From contig OZ316892.1 in NCBI GenBank assembly GCA_973895155.1, positions 6,741,251-6,805,250 of the forward strand: 64,000 bases of DNA. The letters run 5' to 3'. Positions 1 to 11,704 of the stretch are shown piece after piece. The position numbers were made by a program, and so were the translations under genes. Position 1 is the first letter of the stretch. Each line of letters opens with the position of its first letter. The notes beneath the pieces are model-generated. The model did no database searches and was not told the DNA's origin. It worked only from the letters and a program-made list of their open reading frames with translations. This stretch comes from Marsupella aquatica (lineage: Eukaryota; Plantae; Marchantiophyta).

Positions 1-9
1 GAAACCTTA

Positions 10-472
10 GCACGACCCTCTAGAGCCACAGCAAGCGTTTATCAAGGAAAGTGGTAGCGCCACCAATTGTGAATACCAAGGTCAGCCAAAAGAACGGTAA
101 CAACTCATCAACTTATCACTCGTTTCAAGACATCCGCAGATTTGAGAATCTAGCCAAGGCTTCGTACAGTTCATGAGAGATTTCTATATGAGAGGGTGGA
201 TAGGATGCAGTATTGGCTATCGTTCGTAGTATTCTATGTCAGGTAACGTAAGATCAACTCTTCTTGACAAGTAAATCATTGGGGATGTCAGTAGCCTAAG
301 AGAGCTTACAAATTTTAGCTAATATCAACCTGTGATATTGCAACACAGAAACAAATGTCGGCACAGAAATTGAACACACCACACAATTTGACTTCAGCAC
401 AGACTATCATCACAACACAGCGTAAGTGGATGAACAGCACAAATGTTTCTGTCAACGCAACTTGCAGCATCT
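10..472. repeat. Diverged direct duplicate (copy 1) of the segment upstream of CURT1A
   Basis: Colinear blocks shared with 3380-3866: gcacgaccctcta, ggaaagtggtag, aacctgtgatattgcaacaca, aattgaacacaccacacaatttgacttcagcaca, tttctgtcaacgcaacttgcagcatct. Confidence 0.85.
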
Positions 473-1279
473 TGTTTCAATACCTCTAGAGGGTTGCACG
501 CAGTGCACCATGTCTGTTCATCGTCGGGTGGCGAGAGAGTTATGTGTGTCCATGCATTTGTAGTGTTGCAATGGAGCGTAGCACCAGATTTTCCACTGTT
601 CTCTCTGAGTTCCAGATGCGAAACAAGCAGTGGGATTATCTGCCTAAATGCAATTGCCCCCAACGGTTAATTGGCGTCTGTACATTGTTCGAATGAGGTC
701 TGAATAGATTACATTTGGGATGCAGTGACAACTTTCACTGTTGCGCCAGGTAGGCATTTGCCGGATGAATAAGTGAATACTCTAGGACTGTAGGCCAGGA
801 AAACACATATTACGAACCCTCGATATCTGACGTCAGGTCCCAATGTGATGTTGCTGGGTGCATCTGGGACTGAATTTGCACGAATAATAGTGGAACGTGG
901 TCCAGGCTGAGTTAGGCGACAATACCTGGGGGGGAAGTGATGTTTCGAGCAGCACTCTTGTTCACTGAAAAATCTGTATCTGTCATCAGGCTAGATATGA
1001 TGATCCACTTCATTTGGGATTAACATACGCTTTATTGCAAAGAGCTTAAACAGCTTGGAACACTATAGAAAATTCCGAGTTACATCTTACCTCAAAATTC
1101 GAGAACCTCACAGCAAAGCCATTCGGAAAACCTTAATTCACCAGAGCCCGACGTTTCGCATATTCATACTGCCGGGCAACAGATGCCGTACTATCAATCC
1201 TCTACAATGAAATGGCGTTAAAACGCCTACAAGTACAAGGATGACCACATATTGATGGCCAGCTACTACCTCCATCTCC

Positions 1280-3058
1280 TCACTTCTCTTCCCCAGTTAT
1301 ACTCCCTGTAGCGCCAGTAATCTTTCCCTTGAGCTCTTCAATGTCTGAAACAAGCTCCTTTCGGCTAGACTGCATGGAGCAAAAACAGATGCCATCAAAA
1401 TTCGTATCCACATATCAAAGAGTATGCAAACTGCACAGCACTGAATTTTGAATTAGAACACAAGGTTCGTATCAAAAGTCTGCACAGATCCAACAGTTGG
1501 AAGCAAGTAATCTGAGATGGGAGGTGCGGTTAACAAACACTGCGAGGAATACCCTGGAGGAAACGTTACCTTGAAGAACAAATATCGGTATACGAACCAA
1601 CCGGTGTACCCGAGTCCTACAAATTCCAATAGCTTTGGAAGCTGCAAACAGACGCAAAACCAGTGTTCAATTTCTCTGCCACAAGCTGCCATTTAATGAG
1701 TAAAATAAACGTTCGGAAATAGCTCTACTGCAGCAAAATTTAACTTCTCACGGAAAGCGAATTGAACCAATTCACTAGAGTAAATCTTCATCGTCTACAC
1801 AAACTTTGGACCGTTGAACTCTGAAGGTTCCAAACAGATGTTGATCTTTGGGATAATCATGATCCACTTGAGGTACTGAAGGCTGCCTTAGGTCCGTCAG
1901 AGGCGGCTAAAAGAAATATCGAGTTCGAAATGGATCAGACAGTGACAATATTCACGCCACTGGATGTAAGACTACAGAAAAACTCACCAATGGAACAGAG
2001 TTGACGGCACCAATTATGGTAGAGAAGAGCCACAAAGTAACCAAAGCTCCCCCGGCGTAAGTCGCAACAGCAGACTTGTTCTCAAGGCCATCCCACTGCA
2101 TCCGTTTGAGCTTGTTAGACAATTGCTACCGGAACCATGCATCGGGAAAAGACTTCCAAAGCGACCCTTCCTAGAAAGCAAGACATGAACTGTCTACTCA
2201 CTCGTGCTAGTACAAGAATTTCAGTCTCATTGAGGAAAGAGCGGCATCAGGAGTGTATTTACTTTGGCCTTGAGGTCGGCAACTAAATCATCGACTTGCT
2301 TGGAAGCCTCAGCGGTCTCTTCCGATGCAGCTCTCACTACGAGCGAGTCCACTGGTCATGCAAGACGAAATATCCGGTCAGCTCAACTATCCTACAACAA
2401 ATGTCTGTCTTCCTAATCTTAAAGAATGCTGGAGAGAGGAAAAGGAGGAGCGGATGTATTCTTAACTTTCAAGGGACTTCCCCCAAATGAGGATTCAATG
2501 CAAATCATGGTTAAGATGGACTTCATCTATTCTTGAAATTAGACAAGGCCAGTCCTCAATTCCAGTAGTGAACTACGGCATTCACTATCGTAACTGGAAA
2601 GATGAAAGTGGCAAACGAAATCCGCCAAGAAAATTTCTAGTCCAGCCAGACTTACCTTGCCAGTTTCGGAAATTCCTTTATGCCCTAACATCGAAACTGA
2701 GCAGACACAAAAGAAAGCTGAAAATCAAAGTTTGTCTAACTCGTGGACCTACATTGCGGTACAGAGACTGGATGCCAACTGCAAACTGATGACCAATACA
2801 TCAACAAATTCTCGAGCGTGATGGAACACGCGCCGGAGAAGCAGAACATGGTAACTGGTCAGAAAGAAGCAACCAACCTGATCGACGCAAATTTCCGAGT
2901 CTGCTGGCCCTCAGCGCTTGGCCGCTGAAGCTCTTCTTCAAGGCCAGAGGAGAAGACGACACAACTCCGCTTCTGGTCCGGGACACCGACGACGGACACA
3001 CGGTCGCTCCGGTGGCGACGAGACTGGAAGTGCTTGCCATCACTGCGATGCTGGCCAT
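1280..3058 (-). CDS. CURT1A: CURVATURE THYLAKOID 1A-like protein, 179 aa; exons (minus) 3058-2878, 2351-2263, 2095-1988, 1641-1570, 1369-1280
   Basis: Five GT-AG exons sum to 540 nt in one frame. Ser/Ala-rich transit peptide (MASIAVMASTSS...), then DLKAKWDGLENKSAVATYAGGALVTLWLFSTIIGAVNSVPLLPKLLEFVGLGYTGWFVYRYLFFKSSRKELVSDIEELKGKITG, the CAAD domain typical of CURT1A. Confidence 0.95.
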
Positions 3059-3379
3059 GGCTGGCAGGCGGTCCCTCTTTCTATGGCGTCGCTTCCAAGC
3101 CCGTGAGCTTCGTAGCTGCTTGCTTGCTTGTGTGCAGCAGCAAGATCACTGAATCAATCGCGCACGTACTTCGAGTTTTAGTCCCTGGGCGTCGGATTTT
3201 CAGTCATTCGGCTTTCGGGCTTTGGGACTTGGAGGAGCAAAAAAATTGTCTTATCCACCTACGTATGAGTAGGTGAACCCTATCTGGAGGGACCGCTACT
3301 CCTTATCGAGATAAAGAAAAATACACGCCTAAAGGAGCAAACAACCGTACATGCAGCGAGTCCAAAAACAAGGACCCTT

Positions 3380-3866
3380 GCACGACCCTCTACAGCTACA
3401 GCAGGTAGTCTGGGAAAGTGGTAGTGCCAGCAAATGTGATACCAAGCTCAAGCCAAAAGATAAATAACAATCTATCATCCTATCATTCGGTTTTCAGTCA
3501 TCCGCAAATTTTGCGAAGCTAGCCAAGCCTCTGTATAGTTCAAGACAGCTTTCCATATGAAAGGGTGCAACTTGTCGTCAGGCCGGGAGCTAGGAGAATG
3601 CAATGTTGGCTATCGTTTGTAGTATTATACATTTTGTAACATGGGATCAAATCTTCGTAACAATTAAATTTTGTGGGATGTGAGCAGCCTAACCCAACCT
3701 GTGATATTGCAACACAAAGACCAATGGCGGCATAGACATTGAAAATTGAAAGAAGCACAATAATTGAACACACCACACAATTTGACTTCAGCACAAACTA
3801 TTGTCACAACACAGTGACAATGGATCACAGAAAAAAATATTTCTGTCAACGCAACTTGCAGCATCT
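3380..3866. repeat. Diverged direct duplicate (copy 2), immediately upstream of CURT1A
   Basis: Same blocks as 10-472, in the same order and orientation. Confidence 0.85.
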
Positions 3867-4894
3867 AATAGGAATTAAACAACAAACAGAGCAAGAACCG
3901 TCAAGGCAGTGGCAGCATATGCAATCTAGTAAGGCAATTGCAATTGAGCCAGTCAGCAGCTACCCGATGGACACAAAATTTGCAGACAGGGAATTGCAAA
4001 GAACAGAAGTTGACTACTGTCGGATTGTCTAAAGCTTCCAACCGGACCTACTGCAGCAAAAATCAGTTGACTGCTGTCAGATCAACGAAAATCTTCAGTC
4101 CGGGCATCTCAAAAAGAAGTCAAATCAATGTTAGAGCGAATCAATCATGAATCCTCAATGACGGTTCTGGGTAGACTTCCAAACATGCTATAATCGACCT
4201 TCAACGGGTTACCGGCCCTAGAGATAGAAATGTAGATATCAAACCGTTGGCCGTTTAGGGTTGTATCACAGCTTGTGTGCGACCTGAAGGTCACAAGAAG
4301 TCCAACTCCCACTTTCTAACAACTCAAAGGCACCAATGAACTCGTAGCACACAGCTACCATAGCAAATTATCGGATGTGGGCTCCGGAAACAGACTTCAT
4401 GCCATGAAGCATTACTGCATCTACTCTGGACATTCACCTAGTGTGCAAAACGATCATTTTCGAGCAAGGAGTCCACAACTCAAGAACATTTTATGGGTTC
4501 ATGGGCATAGCGAAACATGTACAAGGATTCATCATTCTTACCCTCAGACTCGGCTTCGAGTTGCTACAATGCCGCCGAACGGTAGTGCTCTCTGCCACTG
4601 CAGACGAAGGGCACTTAATTTGTCGAGAATGGAGGGCCGGGTGATGGAAGGCGAGAGGAGCTGGTATCGGAATTGCGTCTTTCCGAACTGGTGCAACAGA
4701 GAGAAATGTGACGGCACGAGCTGAGTGGGAAGAGCAAGAGATGGAGCGCCACCACCTGTAGAAGATTGTGCAATGACGGGTGGAGTTCGCACAGCGCTCC
4801 ATAGCTGATCAATCAAAACTGATGGGTGAGCTCAAAAAGAAGCTCTGATTGGACATGATCCCATCCAAGTTACAACGGTCCATCCTAGCGGATC

Positions 4895-5260
4895 AGAAAA
4901 CTTTTAGGTCCGTCCGAGAGTCTCAGTATTTACAAAGTGTGTGTTATTGAAAACTTTGAGGCCCAACTAAGCATCCATTTTACGGAATGTGTCGTTTTGT
5001 AAACTGTGAGCGCAAACATGAAGGCTATTTGAGCATCCTGTTTTTGAAAGGGGTGTCTTTGTAAACTATGAGGTCCGTCCGAGCATCCTTTCCGTGAAAG
5101 GGGCGCCGTTGAAAACTATGAGGTCCACCGGAGCATCTTTTTTATGACAGGTGTATCATTGAAAACCATGAACGCAAAATTTGAGGACCATCCGAGCATC
5201 CATTTTGTGACAGGTGTGTTGTTGAAAACCATGGGGTACATTCGACCATCCTGTTTTATA
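4895..5260. repeat. Degenerate tandem array, about 7 units of 50-60 bp
   Basis: Recurring g(a/t)aaac(t/c)atgaggtcc...gagcatcc core near 4895, 4949, 4999, 5061, 5111, 5161 and 5224. Confidence 0.75.
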
Positions 5261-5447
5261 AAAGGTTGGGGACAAAAATCTGCCGGGTGTACTAGTTATG
5301 GTTTCCCCACATGGAATAGTACAGGTTAAAGGAAACCGAAGCTCCCATAGACCAAAAAGTCTTACAAGATGCTGGGATAATTATATCACAGGAACACCCG
5401 TACCAACAATTCTGAAACACCACCACAAATAACTCCTTTGGATATGA

Positions 5448-5635
5448 TCCGTTTTGGGTGTTGACAAGTGGTTGGTCAAAAGACGACTTGATGGGCCCTT
5501 GCATGGAAAACATCACTGACGAGGCCCCTTCTTGTGCATGAAAAGAAACCCCTATAAAGGGGGCCAAATCCATTTTGGGTGTTGACAAGTGGTTGGTCAA
5601 CAAAAGACTTGATGAGGCCCCTGCATGGAAAACAA
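5448..5635. repeat. Two-copy direct repeat, ~120-bp spacing
   Basis: ttttgggtgttgacaagtggttggtcaa...gacttgatg.g.ccc.tgcatggaaaac at ~5452 and ~5573. Confidence 0.75.
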
Positions 5636-8599
5636 ACCCCTGACTGGGCCCCTTCTTTGGCATGGAAACAAACCAGGCCCCTTCAAAATTCTTTTGTGAG
5701 GAAAACGTTGGGGGCTCAATCCCTGGAGCCCTTGCACCTTTCCTGCAACTGAGCTCCTCTAAACCCTTGGAATGCTTTAGGACACTGTTCCATTAGCCCT
5801 CAAACATAGTGTTGAGGGTTTCCCTTCAATCTCCAAAATTGTAGGAGACAATCTCAGCCGCTCCTCACTTCAGGGTAAACCTCAGTTCCACAAGCAGAGC
5901 GGAAGGGCTGCGGGGCCTTCCACTCTGCTTTGGCACCCCTCAACTTCACTGGCGCGATTGGGAGACTGTGTTTTCCACTATAACCAGCCGGTTACAGTGA
6001 CGGCCACCGTTCTTGTCACCGCTGCTCAATTTTTTTCCGCATGAGCAATGCAGAAGAGCAAGCAAAGAAAGTTAACGTTCTGAGGGAGGGAGAAATTTGC
6101 TTGCAATTTGACTAAGCTGTCGCTTGATCTGACGACCTCAATGCACTAGGATCGCCAGGCAATCTATTGAGGTGGGCGTCTGTGAGCTGGGTTTTGCCAA
6201 ATTTCTCTTGGAAATCTCAATTGAATTGGAATGCACCTCAGAATGCACATGCTTATCCTGGTTCTTGACATGCAATAAGTCAAATTCGTCATGGGATTGA
6301 ATGAGGGAGAGGGAGTTTGGCTTTCGATAGTAAGAGTCCATTCCCTGGTCCATTCTCAGCTCAAGCTTTTAATTTGTGGAACAGTGTTTTTCATTCTTCT
6401 CTCTTGATCATTGTTCCAAGCATTATTGCTCTTGACTGTCAAATTTATTGTGGGTGTCTCACTGCTTCTTGTTGATGAGAGGGGCTCATTTTCTAGCTCA
6501 GCTGGCTTCTCATAAATTGAGTGATTTCTCAATTGTGTACCGGGGGAGATTTGGAGAAGGTATTTAGGTCTGCTTACAAGAAATTTAGAGAATTTTAGGT
6601 CCACAGACTGTTTGTTGGTGGTGAGTTCTCAGACGGAATTCGGATCAGATTTCGATCAAGTATATAAGAATCCTTGAGAGGATTGAATTGATCCCGTTTG
6701 GTTGTGCACGGTAATTGGATATAGACAAGTGCGAAGAATGCACGGTAGCAAAGCTCTGGTTGTGCATCCACTTCGAACATGCGGAACAAATGGATTGGTG
6801 TCAATTGTAGAATGGTTTTTGTGACAACTGAAAAATTGAGCCCTGATTCTTGCCTTCAAAATCATATCACACTTCACTCTGTAATAAAGCATGTTGGTCA
6901 ATTATTTTGGACTGCTAGATCTGCTATTCCGTTCCATGCAACCAATCTGTCATTCTAGAATCATCATTTGGACATGTGCACAACATTGAAGAAGGGATTG
7001 AAGACTGCTCAAAATTTGGAATAAAGTGGAGCTCATTTGGATTCTGGTCTCGCAAACAATTCTCAGGAATCTGGAGAGAACACAATTGGAAAGAAGGAAA
7101 AGAAAAGCCAAAAATAGGTATCTTGTCATGTCTTTGCAATAACCTAACAGAACAACAGACACATGGCTTCAATTGAGCACTCTCCCATTGGACTTCCAAT
7201 TTCAACAGTTGCATTGTGAGAGTGATTGTTGGTCTATCCGGAAAGAATCGCGACTGCCTGGAGACCACACACATCTCAAGAAGGTGGACCAAGCCTCTAA
7301 TCAAACAATCTACAAACCCTCAACTAGGTCTAAAGTGACCATGTTCTTCAGGAGAAATGTGTTCAAAAGAACAAACACGAGAACTTGTCAGTACCTCAAG
7401 AACACAGAAACACTCTTTGAAGCCCGTCTCTAACTTCGAGATATTATGAAGAAACACATTCTTTAAAGCTCGGTATGTTCTGGATTGCCAGACAATTTTG
7501 GAAGCGAACAAGTGGGAGGAGGGTGTGGAATTTTTCAAGCGAGAGTTGAAGGAGGATCGGGGTGGGAGGGGAGAGAAGCTGTTCCCCCCTGCCCACAGAA
7601 AAAGCTTTTGTCATACCATAGCAGCACTACCGGTTCCCCATTATTGCTTTCCAGTCTGCCATCGCCTTGGTCACATCAGAAAGTGGTGAGGGGCCCATGG
7701 AATGAACTTGGAGTTCACCCTCAAACGCAAATGCAGACGACAGCATTTGAGGGCAAGGGCCTCCTAGAGGGCTAATGGAATAGTGCCTTTAGAGTTAACC
7801 TGCCTCGTACCCTCCAGCCCCCTGCCAGCCTATTTTTCAAGGTTTTTTCCTTTTTGTAGTGAAGAATGTTACCTGGTGTGAAGTACAAGATTCTAATAAT
7901 ATTCGTTATTTAATTCTCTTAGAACACATGTTTACCCTTAAATCTCTAGATTTGAGGGGAACTGTCACATTCTGGCAGATGGGGACAAAATATAGTAGCT
8001 ATTTTGCCAAAAGGGCATTTAATCTTTAGTGAGGTGGAATTTGACAATATTTCAGATTTAAGCACTACACTTCCGGCCCTCCTTTGGTCAGTGAACCCTG
8101 GTAGTGAATCTGCCATGGCAGCATCAATATTGGAAGGAGTGCAGGGAGTGTAGCGTGTAACTCTGAAATTTGTGGACAACGTGACCAACTTTTTTCCAAG
8201 TGGCAAAAACTAGCTAGATTCCACTTTTCCAAATAGCTTAGGAGACTTGTTTAATGGAAAACATTCACTAGATTTTCTATCTCTCATTAACTGACTACTA
8301 TGTCACGTAGTTTTGGGTTGGTGTTAGGGTTACCAGGTGTAAACATTTTTGCTGATGCCTTCCAATTCCAGAACTTCCTGGCCTGACACACGTAACCCAT
8401 GGATGGAACTCCGTAATGGGCCTACTTAAGACTGTTGCTAGCTGACGGAAAGTGGTAATGCATGGACAAAAAGACTACTTTGTTAGTAACTTTGAATATT
8501 CTGTCCATTAAATTTCCCAGGTAGCACTGTTAACGGCAGATTTGAACATCTGTCATCCCTCTGGATGACAGAGTTTTTATGTTAACATGTGTAGTTCAT

Positions 8600-9240
8600 G
8601 CCTCGGGGGTTTCACTTCCACAAAAATGGCATATCACGTGCGACGAAGTATAGGGTCATTTTATTGGTTGAAAGGGAAGACTTAAGAATTTTTTGAGAAG
8701 AATAATAGGGTCTTTTTAAATCAAATTTTGAGACTTATAAGAACATTAGGGTCCTTATAACCATTTTTTGAATATTCCAAGAATATTCAAACTTAATAGG
8801 GGTTGAAAAATAATATTCTTTTTTTTTTACATTTTAGGGGGTCTGAGGCCTAAAAACGTCGCAAGTGATGGGGAGACATCCATATAGTGAGACCCCCGAG
8901 GTTCATGCATTAAATTGTTCTATGTTTACCTTGTTTTCAACAGGTCTTTATTTCCAAAAGACAACAGGTGCTCAATTGCCTCATACACTTTGGACACTGT
9001 TTAAAACACTAACCTTCAATCAATCTTATTCAAAGGGGATGGTTCTTGATCAGCCCGAACTTAGAATGCTCAAAATTCTTCCCAGAGAGACATGGTTGTG
9101 TGGTAGCTCACTTGAGTGGAGATTGATAAGTCTTGGGTTCAAATGTTATAAGTGACTCTTTCCTTTGTGTGGGGTTTCACAAGGGTTTCGTAGATTTCCC
9201 CTTTGAAAAAAAATATAATAAAAAATTAAAAATGTGCAAA
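8600..9240 (+). mobile_element. Dispersed repeat (inverted partial copy at 32280-32650) containing a tRNA-SINE-like segment at ~9085-9155
   Basis: agagagacatggttgtgtggtagctcacttgagt is the near reverse complement of actcaagtgagctaccacacagccatgtctctct (~32443-32477). Further shared blocks include ccatatagtgagacccc/ggggtctcactatatgg and ttccacaaaaa/tttttgtggaa. A-box-like TAGCTCACTTGAG and B-box-like GGTTCAAAT are present. Confidence 0.55.
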
Positions 9241-9559
9241 ATTCTTGGAGCACACATGATCAAATCAATCACTGCCGCCTTTCTCAAAAAATGGCTTGTA
9301 GCTAGCCTACAATCTGTGAAAGACTATTTATCAATATTAAACCTGCAGAGTACATCATGCATTCTCGTTCTCCTCATTTGTAATTCTTGAAGCACAAATG
9401 ATCAAAACAATTGCTGCTAACTTGAGATAAAAAATGTTGAGTAGGCTACAATCTGTCAAAGAGTGCAGCCATTCAAGTGACAAGTGTACTCCACCCACTG
9501 CGATCTGAAAATAAATCTCCTGGTAATCTCATGAAATCAACATATTCTTCAATCACTTA

Positions 9560-10300
9560 CCTGTTGTGTCTCTAGCAACTTGATGGACCTTCATACACCA
9601 GACGTTACCAACAGGACTACAAATGGCTTGGATGTATAGATCAGGCAAGTATGTAGAAAATGAGATACAGGTATGTATTGTATGAGCCACAAATGTAACT
9701 AATAATTTAATTAGACCTGGTGATAATGCAATGTTGGGCATGCAAATTACGTATCAAGTATCCTCGCCCTGCCTTCTCAAGACACACAGTGAGGTAGTTC
9801 ATGTGCAGGTTCAACAACTCTTGCCCTCCACAGATGCCCATTTGAACAAGACAGTAAAATGCAAGGCACATTCTGGCATCAGTGAGGAGAAGTAATTTGA
9901 CTTCTATATTAGTCAGGATTGCAATTTCATGAGCATCTGTGAATGTATATACCTGCAAGCATGGATAATCATCAATTTCATCATCAAGGCACTTGTTGTG
10001 TCTTACTTCCTGCTTTTCAAAGTGCTTTATTACTGTAGCTCATTTGCTTGACTCATTATGTGAGTGAAAAGTTCTTCTCAAATCTCCACATAATTTGCAA
10101 ATGAAGACATGTGACCTGCCCATGCACTCTCATATCCTTCTTTGCCTTCTCCTGCTCATTGATTCTACATGGCAGCAAGCGGGAATTGTTGCAATGTTAT
10201 ACTGGCAGGTTTTGTCTCAGTATCAATCACAGATTATGACTGGAAGGGCCAAAACCTTTCCAGCCCTTGCCCATGAGAGTCCTCAAGTATTGCAATGAGG
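9560..10300 (-). pseudogene. Decayed relic resembling a Crypton/DUF3504-type tyrosine recombinase
   Basis: Minus-strand fragments in order: ...FTDAHEIAIL...RMCLAFYCLVQMGICGGQELLNL... then ...LYIQAICSPVGNVWCMKVHQVARDT. These resemble the 'E..IL...R..F....G.RGG.E...L' and 'YL.....WY...PVG.NT' blocks of DUF3504 proteins. Frameshifts and stops are present; recognised by eye only. Confidence 0.4.
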
Positions 10301-11375
10301 ACTGGCTCTGGAGGGGGGAACAGCATGAAAGACTTGCTCAGTTCAAAACTGTCACCTTATCACTTAAAGGGCCAATTTTCTCAAGATGACCACATACAAG
10401 CTAGGCGGCCTTAAGTCTTTTGCTTGGCTTTCAAGTTTCTTGGGCTCTTTGATTTTCCTTGGGTTTTCAGTTGTTTTGGCCCCTTCATTGGGTTTCCTTC
10501 ATATAGGTTGTTTTTTTCTACCTGTATTGAGTTTCCTGACTTCAGGAAGTCTCCTTTTTGCTCTTTGTTCCTTGGCAGTGTGGTATATATTGTTGATGAG
10601 TTGATGCTTCCTGAGCAATTTATAGTGGAGAATGAGGATACGGAAGTTGAGGGTGGCTTTACATGATAGGGGGTTGACTACTGTACAATTCAATTTGTCC
10701 GCCAGGATGTGGTAGATTGCGCTTGAGTGGAAAGCTGGTTGTCAGTTTTGTTTTCCTTTGAATGGAATTCTAATAGGTAAAACATGAGAGGTCTTGAACT
10801 TGTCTGTGATGTTTTCTCTTTGATGGGCTTTAGTTATTTGGTTTGGTTTTTGCTTTCTCTCTTTGATTTTCATGAGGATATATCACTTATCCACTTGATT
10901 AGAGCATCTCCAGTGGTCTAAGGGTCAACAACCTTGGAGCTCAAAATTTAGCCCATCATATGGAGAACTATAAATTATAAAAGCCCCTGTACTGAATTCC
11001 AGTGGGTTCCCCCTCATTGATGTCTATACTCTAAGCCCTTTATGGAACCTGTTTTGTTCTCATTATGTTTTGGTTTGTTTCTTGACATTTGTCCTCCGTG
11101 CCTGACATGTTCCAGGGCTCTAAGCATACTGGACACATCAGGGGGAGTGGAAACACTCATGACCCTGCCGTGCGAGCTCATGCGCACAGCATGTGCATCA
11201 AAATAACCTCGTGTAAAATTACAGGAACATGAAAAAGTTTTGTAACATGTCAATGATTTTGCGGGTTCTCCTCTGAACACATTGTCAAAAATGTATTCCG
11301 TTCAGGATATAAGCATATTTAGCTTTTACGCGCCTATGCCAAGGTTTACTCCAAACCCTAAGTTGTTTAACTATA

Positions 11376-11704
11376 TCTAACACTATAATAGGCAATCCCG
11401 CCCATTTACTATAATAGGCAATCCCGCCCATTTGGCCACTTTAGTTCGTCGTCCCGTTACGAATTTGAATATCAGCGGGAATGAAACTGAACCGTCAGAT
11501 TAAAGCATCTCTTTTTTCGTATCCATCCGATCGTGAAACGAGACATGCATCAGATTTTGCTCCCTTCCGTGCACCCTTGTGCACTCATTATGCCCCTCCA
11601 TCCCCACCCGCATAGGGCTTCACGACCCACGTTTACATTCCATGCACTTTCTCCCTATGGGACTGGCCCTCCTTGCACAGTGCAACGCACTGGCATAGGG
11701 CTCG
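11376..11704 (+). mobile_element. Non-autonomous Helitron-like element, 329 bp
   Basis: Sits between host A (11375) and T (11705) with no TSD. 5' end TCTAACACTATAA; perfect subterminal hairpin CAGTGC-AAC-GCACTG (11678-11692); 3' end CTCG. Internal 26-bp tandem duplication at ~11382-11433. Confidence 0.65.

Noticed and set aside
5700-7800. Coding-like fragments, possibly an old transposon
   Set aside because: No motif could be recognised in any frame.
10902-10916. Harbinger-type TIR TTA|GAGCATCTCCAGTGG
   Set aside because: No matching right TIR found, so no element boundaries could be called.
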